DNA of 64,000 nt from Schmidtea polychroa (lineage: Eukaryota): contig CM097887.1 in the NCBI GenBank assembly GCA_044892525.1, forward strand, positions 77,850,397-77,914,396, given 5' to 3'. Positions 38,553 through 53,300 of this stretch are shown piece after piece (the first letter of the stretch is position 1; every line of letters begins with the position of its first letter). The notes below the pieces were generated by a model. That model was not told the DNA's origin, did not search any database, and saw nothing but the letters and a program-made list of their open reading frames with translations. The translations under genes and the position numbers were made by a program.

Positions 38553-39899
38553 TATATACATATACACATCAAACATTAATTGCATTTTAAACATTCCCAT
38601 AACTAAAATAAACTTTTTTCAGAATTAAAACCCTTTTTAACGAAATCAATTATTTTTTGTATGGTAGAACTTTTTCAGAACCTTTTATGGATGAAAAGTG
38701 AATTATTTGTATGTTAATCTCATTGCATGACAAAACTACTAAATAATCACCCGAACTAATGAACTAATAATAATTTAATCAAGAATAAGGTGTGGCTAGC
38801 TTTATATTAACTTTTCAGCATTGACAAATCAAGTAATTTTTAATTAAAATAGAAAATTGTGTGTAGCAATTAATTACAATTAATTATATACAGATTTTAA
38901 TTTATTTTGATACCCTTGTTACGAAAATACACAATTTCAATGTTATTAAGGACATAAGTATAACTGATTAGTCTCAAATCATAAAAATCAAGGATACATG
39001 ACAACAATAAAATGGTTTTGGGGACATCTAAATACTTATCTGTAACAACATGAAAACACAGTCTAATTTAAGTTTGTAAAAAAATCTAAAGATACTATAT
39101 TTATTATATATTTATTGTATAATTATTAAAAATTGTAAACCACAAAAATATTATCATACATTTAATAACAATATTTACAGAATAAATAATTCAAAACTAA
39201 ACTCACCATATCCTCCATGATTTTTTTACAGTCGAAAAATTATTATAAATTAGATAATTTATCAATTTATTTTGATGATCATTTTTATTTTTGAACTAAA
39301 TCAAATTAAAATGGCTTCAAAAATATTTCTTTTATTGATGAGTTAAAACTTTCTCTTTTTTGATGTGAAATAAAACTTTATTAATTTTTGCAAAATAGTA
39401 GTAAAATGATATCATAATACTATTTTTGTTAATATAACCGAATGACATTAGATGAGAAAATTAAAACTAGAACACTTGTATATATTTAGTTTTCCACTAT
39501 TAAAAAGCAGTTTCGAAAATTTGTGATAACCAGAAAGAGGTGATCCATACTCTAAAACTAAAAAAAAAGAATTATATCGTAAAGGAAAGCAGGTCAAAGA
39601 TGATTAAGACAAAGGCGAATGATGTTATTGAGAGTATGTGTCTAATAAACTTTTGCTAAGTAAAGAGGCCTGATTCCTCGAATAACGACTAATAATCTTA
39701 CACACATATAAATGAAATATTGTACTATATGGAATTCGTGGTTATCTTTAAAATGGAACTATACAAGTGAAACTGTTAAATTCCGGACAATCATAAAGTT
39801 CATAGACCAAGTTCTTTTATTAAGGTCCTCGTACCTAGATCCGTCTTGCTTTAGCGACTTGTTGGGTCAAAAGTTAAAGGACATCTAAATCCTGGTGGA

Positions 39900-40080
39900 A
39901 CCTCCTCGATAAACAGACATCTCCAACAATGTCAACCAACAGAAAAAATATTTCATTAGAAATCATAGCTAATGGAAACATTCAAAAGAAAAATGTCAGA
40001 CTCAAAGAACCAATTCTCATCATAAACAGACAGCCAAAAATCAACACTAAAGAAGAAATCATGAATTTGATCTGTTCTTA
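39900..40080 (+). mobile_element. Penelope-like GIY-YIG C-terminal remnant
   Basis: SINRHLQQC...LEIIANG...RLKEPILIINRQPKINTKEE resembles the PLE endonuclease tail. Confidence 0.45.
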
Positions 40081-40729
40081 TTGACCTTGAGAATAACTGA
40101 CAATATATAAAAAATATTATAAATAAAAAAGTAATAATTAAAATAATATAGAAAATTTTAGGAAATATGTTTTCAAAAAATTGGATTTAAAAATCAAAAT
40201 TGACACATTTATTGAAATATTTAAATAGCGTATATAAATAAAATTCCCGGTTCCAAAAATATAGCGTCGGTACTTTCCGGTTCTTGAAATTCGGTACGGG
40301 ATTTCACCCTAGTGTATATAAAGTTTCAAATTTTTTTGGCTCTTGTTTACTAAAGAATGTGATTTATTAGACTTTCAAATGTTGAAAACATTTTAATGAA
40401 TTTCAATAAAAAATGCACTTCTAATTGATATAAATTTGTGTATTGAAATAAATATTGATCTGGAANNNNNNNNNNNNNNNNNNNNNNNNNNNNNNNNNNN
40501 NNNNNNNNNNNNNNNNNNNNNNNNNNNNNNNNNNNNNNNNNNNNNNNNNNNNNNNNNNNNNNNNNNNNNNNNNNNNNNNNNNNNNNNNNNNNNNNNNNNN
40601 NNNNNNNNNNNNNNNNNNNNNNNNNAAAGATGTTCAATATTTTATTCTCATTATCAGAAAGTGATAATAAAAATCTGAATAACAAAATTAGCCAAGAGAA
40701 TTTTATTGTTTTGTTTCAAATTGAATATT

Positions 40730-41028
40730 TTATTTTGTTAAATTCAATTGATAAATAGAAAATTCTCTGATTGATCCGACCTTTAATATGAACGGACCTT
40801 CCTGTTTTGGCGAATATGTTGACACTCGAATATTATAGATGCCGCCAGACATTTTACTCAATTCAAGGACCACAAATCCACGGCTGTAATTATTATTGAA
40901 TCAATTTCATCCTTTAATCATTTTTACTATATTACCGATAATCTCCAACTGATTTTTTTGTGAAATTATTAGGATTTGATGTGTTGTATTGGTCGATAGC
41001 TTCTATATCGAATCCTATGGCAAACTCT
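40730..41028 (-). CDS. CAPN7: Calpain-7 exons 14-15 (C-terminus)
   Basis: REFAIGFD...KKSVGDYR | RGFVVLEL...[21 protein letters not shown]...TK*, with a 52-nt intron at 40884-40935. Confidence 0.92.
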
Positions 41029-41361
41029 CTGAAGCAAAAAAAAATTGTCCAAAATCAGTTAAATATAAAAACCACTATAATCTGTCACGTAAAGATCAAG
41101 AAGAAATTCAGAATTTACAAATTTATTTATTTAAAAATCAATTAATTAATTATTTTTATCAGTTTCCTTTATCTTCACTTCAAACCAGTGCTCGAAGTGA
41201 GGCGGGATAGCCGGGATATTATCCCGGCATTGATTATGTAGGCGGAATTGCATCCCGGCACTTCATTTCATATAATCTATAGGTTTATCCCGGTACTTAT
41301 TTCATTTTATAGGCACACAAATACTGCAATTAAGGTCACACATAGTACATCCATATATGTA

Positions 41362-41398
<37 letters not shown>

Positions 41399-44300
41399 TT
41401 TATTCTCTATTCTCTATTCAATTAAGAATTTCCCAAGCAGCAGTAATGGATAGGTAGGTATTTGTTGGACACCCCCAACTGAAAATTTCTGCATAAAAGC
41501 CTGGAATCCCGGGTGCCACAGCATGCCTATCCCGGCACATATTTTGTTCCACTTCGAGCACTGCTTCAAACTATAAATCAATATTTATATCTTTTAACTA
41601 AATACTACTAATAGATCAATGCTGTATATTTATGATAAATTTCTTTGGCGATCTCCGGTTTAATATAGAAATTATAGATAATATAGATAGATAATAATTA
41701 TAGATAGATAACTTATACCAGTAATTTCTGTATATTTGCAAGCAGTTAAATTGTTAAATAGATCACGTGCTTGTTAGAAAAGTTTAAGAATATTTTCAAT
41801 CATAAACGCATGTACATAAATGTTTTCATGTATATTTTAATGTTCTAGCAACTTAACACTAGATTTACTGACATTAGAAGACAATTTGACGGGTGTCCGT
41901 AAAAATAGATATATACAACACATTTCCCCTAAGCGAAAATGGCGACAAAGAAAAGGATAGTGATATATTCGCGTATCATTGTGTCATTAATAATCAGCAT
42001 AAAAAAAATTCGAAAAAATAATATTTCTTTTGTATATTTAATTTTAAAAAGTGAATCCGTCAAATTGACGGGTTCCGTAAATCTAGTGTTAAAAATACAT
42101 TTCATATACAAGATTGTAAATATGTGTTATTTCAACATAGTTTATTCATTTTCACCAAAATATAATAATTTTATCACGTGCTCCAAACTAATATGACCCG
42201 AGGGTTTCATGATTTTAAGCTTGAACTCATTAGAGTATTTTTGAGAAATAGGAACATAAAACGCGTGTTAATTGGATTTTCTAACCATGGTGAAATTTGA
42301 GAATATTTATCCTATTTCAATATTACTTAACATTCTGAAGCTTTATTCCCATAAAATTGGAAAAAATATATATTGTAGATATAAAATTCAAATAATTTTG
42401 GACGGCGGAAAGCTGATTGAATAGCCCTGAAATATTGTATAAGTATATAGCAGTGTTGTCCAACTGAAAATCGCACACGGCACACTAAATAAACATAAAA
42501 TCGCTCACAGCACTTTCAAAAAGAAACTAAAATATTTTATAAGAAAAAAACAATACACTTGAAAAATCGTTCACTTTGAATATTTATTAATGAGATACTT
42601 GAACGTTTTATTTTGCGGATACAAGCTCAGAACGCGGCTCGTTGCTTGATAGGCATACTCTTAATTCACTGTCAATCATCTTTAATCTTTCACGATTTTT
42701 TGATTTTATTTCTGTGAGGGGAGAAAATCCTAATTCGCAGAGGTATGATGATCCAACTGGCATCAACAAATGAACTGCATATTTTGTCAGTTGAGGAAAT
42801 TCGGAAATCGCACTTATAATCAAAAAAATTGCGTCGTAAAACAAGAAAATTGCATTTTAAACAAAAATAAATTGCATTTATTAAAAGTTTTAAAATAATT
42901 ATTATAATTTTTAATTTCTAATTATAGGCAAACTCTTATTAGAAATTTTCGATTACAATTCATTTCTAGCTACCATCACGAAGAAAAAAAAACAAGTGAT
43001 GCATTTATTTTTATATACAATTCAAAAGTACTAAAACCTTAATAATTTTAAATTTTTACATATTTTTTCGAGGCACACAATGGACAACAATGGTATATAG
43101 TATAAGAGATTTCAATACACAATTATATTTGATAGGTTATTACTAAGTTATTAAATTCGTGAGATTTTAAAGCTAGGAATGCTCCCGGCTTAGAGATTTG
43201 ACCGAATTATAATTTATAAGACAAAACATAAATGGTACAATTAGAAATAGCAAAACCTAGCCAATTGTTTGAGTCCATTACTTACATTATTAAATAAGGT
43301 GCTAAAAACACTTTTTTTATAAATGAATTACAAAATTTTTATTAATTTACAAGTTTTTCTTTTAATTAAAATAATTAATTAATTTTCAAACTCAACGTTT
43401 TTCATACAAATAGTTGAATTTGTTTTAAAAAAATCACTTTAATTGTATTGGAAAACTCCTGAAATATATTTTTTGAAAAGTAATTGATTATTTATAATTA
43501 AATTAGGAAAAATGTGTAATTTGTTTATTAAATCTAATACGTTTATAATTTTTTCTATAATTTTTTAATTAAAATTATTTTTTATGAATAAAATATTTAA
43601 ATTTGAAACGATATTGATCATAAACAATATCTTTTCATATTTAAATATGGTACCATACAAAAATAGCAGCCTGTGACATTATTGGTTGGCTCTCTCCATA
43701 TCATATGAACAGTAAAGGCACCTGTAGTGATTTGCCAGGTATTGTATTTTTTTATTTCTTAAAAATAAAAAAAATGTATTAAAACATTTGTTTTAATATT
43801 TAGTTTTTGTTTGAATGATATTTTAAATTTAACTCATTGTTAAATTGTTTGGATTAAATTTTTTAAGATCGTTCATTTTATTAACTGTATTAACTGTTAC
43901 AATAATATACCAGGCATTTCATCTACTTCTATTAGGAATTGTTGGATTTTGCAGTTGTGTGCCAATGCAATGATAATATAATTCATTTAATTATCGGTAT
44001 AAGTTTAATGATTGTTATTATCATGTTATTGGCCTCATTGTTCGTCTGCTTCATTATTAAAGAAACTTCTCCAGACAAGATAGTTTGTGATGGAAAAAAA
44101 AAGTTGAAAAAGATGGAAAAAAAGATGATATCCGTAAAAGTTCAATCGAATTCGCTGAAGATAAAAATGAATCAAACGAACTTTTGACAATAATACTTCA
44201 ATATTCATTCAATCAGATCCCATTAATAATTATCCGAATAATGAAAATATCACTCGTCTATCTCGAACTAATTCCCACGAACATTTAATGTTGTTAGCTG

Positions 44301-47300
44301 CAACTGCAGTTATCTCTAGTTTTTCCAATAACGATAATTTCTCGTCAGCAAACGAGGAACTAAACACAACAGTATGGAACGACCTTTTTGATTAAGCCAG
44401 TTCCGGTGGTTAGAAGCATAAGTATTGCAACAAATATGAGGCTCCCAGGTTCTATTTTGGTATTTAATATTGCACACAAAATAACAGTGATAAGCATAAA
44501 TAATCACTGGATACACAGAACATTTCTGTATGGAAAATGTCGCTTTACCACACACATAACAAAAGTTATCAGCACTATTTATACACTTTCGAGGCATTTC
44601 GAGGTAATGAATGCTGAAACGAAAAACTCAAAAGCTTGCCTGTGCCTGATTCATAACAGAAGATATCTAATCAGTAAATGTGATGACTCAGCACAAAATT
44701 GTGGTAAATGTGATGATACAGCACAGAATTTGTTCAAGTACGACTGAAACGAAGATATACACAATGTTTAACCACTTAACTCTTTTTAAAAATGAAAATT
44801 TGTGGTAAAAAAAACTATAATTTTTATATTGCATTTTCTGATAGATTATGATGCATATAGATGGAATATTTCCCAAAATGAAAAAACATGTTTATTTGAA
44901 AAATTATAACATATTTAATTTTTTTTTTAAATCATCAGAGAATAGACGTAAATATTATAGACGCAGAGTTACGGTATTCCCCATAGACTCAATGGTATAA
45001 AGTGCGTAAAATTACGTCACAAATTCTATTTCAACCACATTTTTTGACGTAAATTTACGTCGATTCTCGTTAAGTGGTTAAGAAAAAAGCAGTTTCTAAA
45101 ACTTACTGTATTATTAAAACTAGAGCTAAACAAAATTTTTAGTGTCATTCTTTTTCAGCACAGCAAAAATAGTTATAATTTACTGATTTCATCATAGATA
45201 TATTTTGGCTGTTTACCAGTGAAATTATTGAAAATAAATGCTAAGTTTTTTAAATTATAAAAATAGTGTAATTTATTTATTAGATCGATCATATAAAATT
45301 AATTTTTCAGCCTACCTGCTTATGCCAATATGATTTTTGAGTGTCGCTTTTTAGATCATAATGAATTTTAGATAATATTTATTATTAAATCAACAATGAA
45401 ATTTTTTAATTTATTTTACATCTCAGCTTTTTCGATAAAATAAATAAATTTTATTCACAAAAACTATTCTGACTATTTCTTATTTCCCCACTTGTAAATT
45501 TTGTTTATTATTTATTAATATTATTTACCGAGGTGCTTTCAATTCAATCATAATACGATTGTCCACTTGACTGTTTGGAATTTTAATTTGATAAAGTGGA
45601 TTGTTGTAATAAGTTTCCTTGTTATTTTGACATCCTCCAGCTGTCAAACTGGTCCAATTTCCTGAAACCTAATAATAGCGAAATGACATTACGTAAAGCG
45701 AATAAGATCTCAACTGTTTTATAGTGTTTATAAGGATCGGTTAATTTTACCAAGGAAACAGGACATGAGCAAAATACTCTCAATGTAAAGCAAATACTGT
45801 TGTTTTTCTCGTATTGGGTAACAACAAGTATATATTCACTGTTGTCATTTTCAGATGGTTTGTGGATAATTTTGACAAGATAATGAGGAGTATTGATGCG
45901 GATTCCGTCGATAATTGGCGGTGGATCGTTAGGATAAAATATCTTCGATTTTTCTCTCTCGATTCCTTTATAGACAATCAGTGCAATAAATTCTTTATTG
46001 TTTGCAAAATCATCCTGGAAAAGAAATGTTAAAAGAAAATTTAAAAGAAAGTTTCAAATCAAATTGAAAGCGGATGAAAATTAGATAAGAAAATGTGACC
46101 CCAGGTAAAAAACAGATGATATTAAAGAAAAAGCTTACTTTGTCTGTGATATGTCTAGTTAGAAGAATCCATAATGAAGCTTCATTTCGAGGATTTTGTA
46201 ACTTCAATCGATACTGGGGGTTCTCAGAAATTGAGAATATATCTTTTTTAGGCCCTTCTGCAGCAATCCAATCATCGTGGACACAAGTAGTATAGGGAAA
46301 TAATTTCGGATTCCAATTCACATAGATAACATCAAAGAAATGTTGCAAAGAATCATAATCAATCCAAAATACACCGTTGTCAACTGCTTGTGCAGTGGAC
46401 AAATCGAAATTTAAAGCTTTCTGTAATGCCGGAGTCCAATTTTGTGAGTCATTATCAGAAAACTTTCCTTTCCAACGTAGATGACTCCAGGGATTTTTAA
46501 GTAGGAAAAGTCTTTGATTCTGAAAGTATCTTTTTTATAACAAAAGATTTTCAATTATATCATAATTTCCGACAGTTTTTATAAAATATGATTATTATTT
46601 ATAGAGCAAATTAATTCCTCCAAAAAGTTATTATTATATAAAAATATTAAAAAATTTAATTATGTAGAAAATTATTTCAACTTGAAATGATTTCATTGAA
46701 AAGGTTTATTTTTCAGCTATAAATTTATCAAAAATTACATTGATTTCTCTGATATCGAGCATTGCATATGCATGAGTTTGAACCAATCCGGCCCGGTCGG
46801 CTTCTGCTTCATCTAAATTACCCGTGGCCACCGTAATCAAGCAATTTCCTTTGTGGAAATGATCGTAAAGCTTTTTAAATTCTTTATCCGCTTTAAACTT
46901 TATAGGATCGTTTCTAATTATTGGAATCCTTTCTGGAATCCAACCCGTAAGTGCATGGAGATCAATATTCTAAAAATTTTATTATTATTAATATCGTTCA
47001 ATTTCGGTTTGTGTGTGGTAGTTATTTGGCTTTATCTGTTGGGTGCACATGTTTTGGTGCTGTCGAGATCATTTTGTATTTGAGTAAATTCAATTAGTGG
47101 CTGAAAAAAACGTTTTGATGAGTGTATTTATTTTCCTTAATTTTCGAAGTATTACTTAAACCCAAATGACTCAAATAATGTTTGAAAAATCCAATGTTAC
47201 TGTTATGTATGACGCTATCCAAAATGGAATGTCGCTTCAGGATTCCGGAGATGGTATACCGCACACTGCCAAAATATGAAGGATATCCTCTACCTCATGT

Positions 47301-50300
47301 TATTTGTAGAATTGATTCGATCGGAAGACTTAACTGATTATCTAATGAAAATTATGACAGACAAAGGATACAGTTTTACAACAACTGCCGAAAGAGAAAT
47401 TGTTCGAGATATCAAAGAAAAACTGTGTTACATTGCTCTTGATTTTGCTACCAACTACTGGTATTCGTGAGGCCACTTAGAACAGCATGATGAAATGCGA
47501 TGTGAATTTTCGTAAATATTTATATAGCCATACAGTTTTATCAGCGGGTTCCTTAATGTATCCTGGTACTGGCCCATTGGTATTCGGTCCATCATCAACG
47601 GCAATCAACCAATTATTATTTTTATTATTATAAATATTATAAATAGTAGTAGAATAAAATGATAAATTCTTAGTAGGTACATTAATTAAAACTAAGAAGC
47701 AAATGATAATATTATAATATAATATTATATTTAATGTATACTTTGCACAAAAGGCTTATATATTATCATTTATATATGTTGCATTTACAGAGTAGTATTG
47801 ATCATTCGATGTAATCAAAGAATGTCGTCGACAGAAAATAAGTGCAAAATTCAAAGATGAAATATAAAAAAATAACTTCCTCGATGATTATAAAAGAAGC
47901 ATACTAATGGAATATTATCAATGGAATATTTGACTTGAAATTTTTTTAGACCCAATCATTAAATTTTTAGAGCTGGAGGGGGGTTAAATTTTTTAAAATT
48001 TTGTTTTAATGGAGTATTTTTTGCTTTAATTATTTGTTTAAATTAATATTTATTTTTAAATTTTATTATTATTTGTTTGAATGTCAATCTGAAACTCACA
48101 CTATAGCCAGAGGGCTTTTTTATTCTCGGTTAAAAACCCTAAAAATAAATAAATTCACTTTAAGAAAGCCTAAATATTTTTCTCATAAAAAACCATAAGT
48201 ATTATGTCTCGATAAAAAACAATATAATTTATTTTTAATTTAAAAATCTCAGTTAATTTTTAAAAAAAATATTATTTTTTAAAACTTTAACATTTAAAAT
48301 TTAATTTAATAATTTAAAAATTTAAAAAATTTTTTATTAATTATTTAATTTAACACAACAATCAATACATACAATACACAAAAGCTTATTTAAAAACACT
48401 CAACACACAAGTATTTACAGCATTCTGCACATTAATTTTCGGATTCAATGATTTTATCAACAACGCCTCACAAATCACACGTTCCCAATAACTATCAAAG
48501 TTTTTTAATAAAATTTTGAAATCAGACATACCTATTTTAATCTTACAGCCCTTATTGTGCTCACCAATATGGGTCAAAGACTTCGGTCTACAATGTTCTC
48601 GAGCTCGAATACAGAGATGACGGGAAGTCTCTCCAATGTATGTGGCATTACACCCATTACATGTAAACTGATAAACGAGATCGGAGCACAATTCAACCGG
48701 AGTCTTTGACTTATTAATAAACATATTGCGTACTTTCCATGAAGTTGACACTATCCTATAGTTTAAATTCCCTAACTGCTTTCTTATCTTCACTTTATAA
48801 TCCTTAAAACTTTCTGAGTACGGCAATATTAACACAAATTTAGGCCCATCGTCCTTGCTCACACTATTTAATTTATTTAACTCATCAGACTCATTCACCT
48901 CAACAAAATCACAAACAGATTTTAACTCATCAGACTCACACATCTCAACAAGATCACACCCAGATTTTCTCAAACATGGATCCTTAGGATTTTTAATAAA
49001 TTTGTCAACAGTCTCTTTCACCATAATTACTAAAAAGGATTTTGAATAACCATTCTTCATCAACAGTTCAACCAACACGTCAACACTCTTTACCGAATTT
49101 TTAAAAGTAGAAGACAAAGACCATGCACGATAAATCAACATTTTCACCATATTTCTTTTATACTTGAATTCACAAAAACTTTCGGAAGAAGTATAGTACT
49201 TCTCATGCTAATTAAAAAATCCCACAAACCAATGACAAATTAACACTCGGTTAAGAAATTTCAAGTCTCTTGACAAACAGATTTTAGCACATTTCCAGAA
49301 ATTCGTTTTTTATCGTTGAACTGATGAACGTTTGCAGTTTTCGAAAACAGTTTTAAGATTATCCTTAATGTTATTGATCTTCCTTAAAGCTGAGTTTTGT
49401 TTTTTAATTTCAAATAAATTGCAACTATCAAAAACGAAACTTCTTTTTAATTACAAGATGAGGAAAATGTGTATATATGTTTTGGGTTATTCAAAAAGTA
49501 TAAATTGATATGTTAATATATTTCCTCCGGATACTGGATATGAGCAAATAATAAAAGACAAAATTACAGTTCTTTACCGAATTAGAACCGGGAAAGTCGT
49601 AGCCTCCCATCACTTTCATATACGCTTTTTCGAGCAATGACACCCAGAGTTCACTACGATTGCTGGAAAATGAGCATAGTAACTTGTTGTTTCTCCCCAT
49701 AGGCAGAAAATCATCGATTATAATCTGTAAAAACAAAATAAAAAATTTGGTAATTGACATATGTAAGCGTTTCAAACTACTGATATCGGATAATTATTAA
49801 TTACTACTAGAAAGGGTAAAATAATAAAGTTGTGATATACATGAAAGACACTAATTAAAACCTTATTTGTTACTTAGTTTTCGAATTACAAGAAATTTTT
49901 CTTTCAACATATTTTTAGCAATTTATTAATTAATAAAAATATTGATAATAAAAAACAATAGTAAAATTACAAAAAAATTTCGGATTATAAAATCAAGACA
50001 ATTTCAAATGCGAAAATGTTGATTTATTGTTAAATGGCAATAGCATATAATAAATTAGTAACTCATCATAAACTTGTTTGGTTTAATACTGAAGATATTT
50101 TACTAACAATGCAAAGCAATAATAAGAGGGAAAAAATGACATTATTGGTAGTATTTGACACTCACTAAGATCAGTCCTTTAATTATAATGTAAATGAAAC
50201 GACGAATTCATTTCTTCAAGCCCATTTCATTCTTCTGAAATGGCATTCATATCTGATAAATGATAAGTAGACTAATTTTATTGATAATTCCGCCTGAAAA

Positions 50301-53300
50301 CTGCTAGAATGTAAGTTCTAACAGAATATAACAAAAAACTGTAATAAAGGCCAGNNNNNNNNNNNNNNNNNNNNNNNNNNNNNNNNNNNNNNNNNNNNNN
50401 NNNNNNNNNNNNNNNNNNNNNNNNNNNNNNNNNNNNNNNNNNNNNNNNNNNNNNNNNNNNNNNNNNNNNNNNNNNNNNNNNNNNNNNNNNNNNNNNNNNN
50501 NNNNNNNNNNNNNNNNNNNNNNNNNNNNNNNNNNNNNNNNNNNNNNNNNNNNNNNNNNNNNNNNNNNNNNNNNNNNNNNNNNNNNNNNNNNNNNNNNNNN
50601 NNNNNNNNNNNNNNNGCGCACGTTATACGCATTTTTACAAACCGGGCACCCCCATGCGCGGTATCTGTGGGTGCGCGCTTTATGATTTATATTTTACACG
50701 TGGCGGCATTGCCAGTGGAAATATTTTTATGATGTGACAGTAACCCTACCATCGGTTTTATTGTTTATTGTAATCAGATACCGTGCGCGTTATATGCGCT
50801 AAAATACGGTATATATATAAAATAAGAAAATATATTAACCTTTCTCGGAACTCCATTGATGTTCAGTTTCACCATATATTTGCCACAAGGGTTATACACG
50901 CACCGTTGTAATCGATCTTGTGGATAAATAATACTGAAATAAACCAAAGTTTAGAGACATTAGAATTTTTGATGGACAATAAGAATAGATTCCTTTCTAA
51001 GAATTTCAGTAATAGAACTTAGGTGTCAACCAACATCAAGGAAATTATTAATAATAATAATTAATAAAGGTAATCGTATTAATATAATTATAACATAATG
51101 AAGGAAATAATAACAATTTTTATAAAAATAATTTCTATTCCCGATGTCCCTAGTATAACGAAATTTATCACAGTATAAAGAGAGCTGAAAATAAAACAGG
51201 GAAATTCATTAATTCAAAGGGATTAATTCTAACTTATAATTTTCTAGGGTGCCCAAAAAATGTAGAGATGTTTGAAATCAAATTTGAAGTAAATTAATTT
51301 TATTTTCGAATAGATTTATAGTATTTGATTGAGAATATGATTAAACTCAGTTAAAAAGCAAATAATTTTTTTTTAATAAATAATACAAATGTGAGTTTAC
51401 GTTCATTTTGGAAGATTTTTCCTCATTAGGATATATTGATTAATCGGTTTTCGAAAAATACTTTAAGAGGTATTCAAAATTTATTCAAAGGGTTTGCCCG
51501 TAAAAAGTATATTAGTGATGTTCGTAATTTTGTCACAAACAAACACGCAGCACTGAAACATCTTTCTGACTCAACAGATGGTGGAATGATCAATATATGA
51601 ATTATATAATTTATCTAATAAATCCGTGCGAATTTTGTTGTGTTCGAAAAGCATCATTTACCCTTTTATATAAGCTGAATTGTTCGTTGAAATTGTAGTT
51701 GAATATGTTAGTTTTTGGACTTCTTATACTTCTTGAAATTCATCGGCTTTGGAGTATTTAATTTTTATTTTCTGCCTTATCAATATCGTCGAAGTCAGTT
51801 TCGTCTTGTACGCCAGAGTCAGATGAACACTTTAAGATTAATCGATCCGATATTTCTTTAGCGGTATTTTCCAGTTCTTTCTTTGTTTGCCGTTTGAAAA
51901 TTGAGTTTGGTTTAGACAACGATTCAATATAAGAAATTATATTTTTTTATATATATTTTTTATTATATTTCGCATTTTAGTTATTGAATTATAGAAGAGT
52001 TGTCATAATACACTTGATTGTTCCTTTAATTTATGCATTAAAAATTCAAAAATTTCGGTTATCTGTACAATCTTTCCAACAAAACACCAAACCACTGACT
52101 TCTATTACGTCTAAAGCTTCAAATAATTCTGAAATTATAATGAGCTCATCTTCATTGAGAAATATATCCTCAAAGGTTAGGTCAGTTAAAACTTTTTAAT
52201 TAACCGTTTTTATTTCAAAAAATCTTTTATTCATAGCTAGCATAGAGTTCCAACTTGTAGAGGTGTCAATGATTTTAGTTGGAGATTATCGGTAATATAG
52301 TAAAAATGATTAAAGGATGAAATTGATTCAATAATAATTACAGCCGTGGATTTGTGGTCCTTGAATTGAGTAAAATGTCTGGCGGCATCTATAATATTCG
52401 AGTGTCAACATATTCGCCAAAACAGGAAGGTCCGTTCATTTTAGTTTGACATTCTTTTTGTAGGATATCATTTTTAACAGAAGATTTTCGAATTATTTTG
52501 GCAATGTTCACACTTTTTTGTACAACCACGGACAGCTCTGTAACTATATCTAACTCAATAATTTTTGAGCAGTTGACTTCTTCAATCCAGGTCTAAATTT
52601 CATTCGATGTGTTATCTTCGTATTCACCTGACTGATATTCTTCATTTGATTTCTGAATAGTTTGTTGGCTTTCAATTTCCAAAAACCTAGGCCTACTGAA
52701 TGCAGTGGCAAAAATAACTACTGCCTACTAAAAACTAAGGTTCAGTATAAAATTTTATAAAACATATTACAAGGTTAAAGAGTTCCAATGAATTAGTTTT
52801 TGATTGTATAACTTTTTTCCGAGAACAAAAACTTGGACTTATGAATCAGCATATCTAATGAGTTATTTGAGAAGAAAAATACATAAATTTAGTTAGAAAT
52901 TTCCGTTTATAAAATTTTTAGACTCGGCAAAAAGTTATTTTGATTTTGTAATTTATATTAAGACATTCTTTTGAATTTTCTATAAAATCTGTGAAAGTTA
53001 TAATTTCGTAACTTTTATGCTCACAATAGATTTACAAATTGAATCTACTATAAGCAAATAAAATATGAGTCATATTCGCCTGACACATTTTAGGTAATTG
53101 AATTATTTGGGAAAAAATTAGATGAAACTGTTGAAAATAAATTTGTAATTATTGCCGGATATATTTTTTCTTGTATTGCCTCTTTCGCTGCTACTAGCGT
53201 CTATAGGCACTCATCAATACTGTCAATATCTTGCTTATATATAATTTAAATAGCAACATTTAAATAGGCCATACAGATAAGTGTAAAAGAAACGCGTCTA

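Larger units (their letters stand above)
21789..50615. other. Assembly gaps (N runs) at 21789-21926, 32577-32729, 34754-34901, 40466-40625 and 50355-50615
   Basis: Seen directly. Confidence 0.99.

Noticed and set aside
40240-40312. CTAG after CGG-rich repeats as a Helitron 3' end
   Set aside because: It reads equally well as a lone hAT-type TIR (TAGGGTGAAATCCCG on the minus strand), and there is no partner end to decide.
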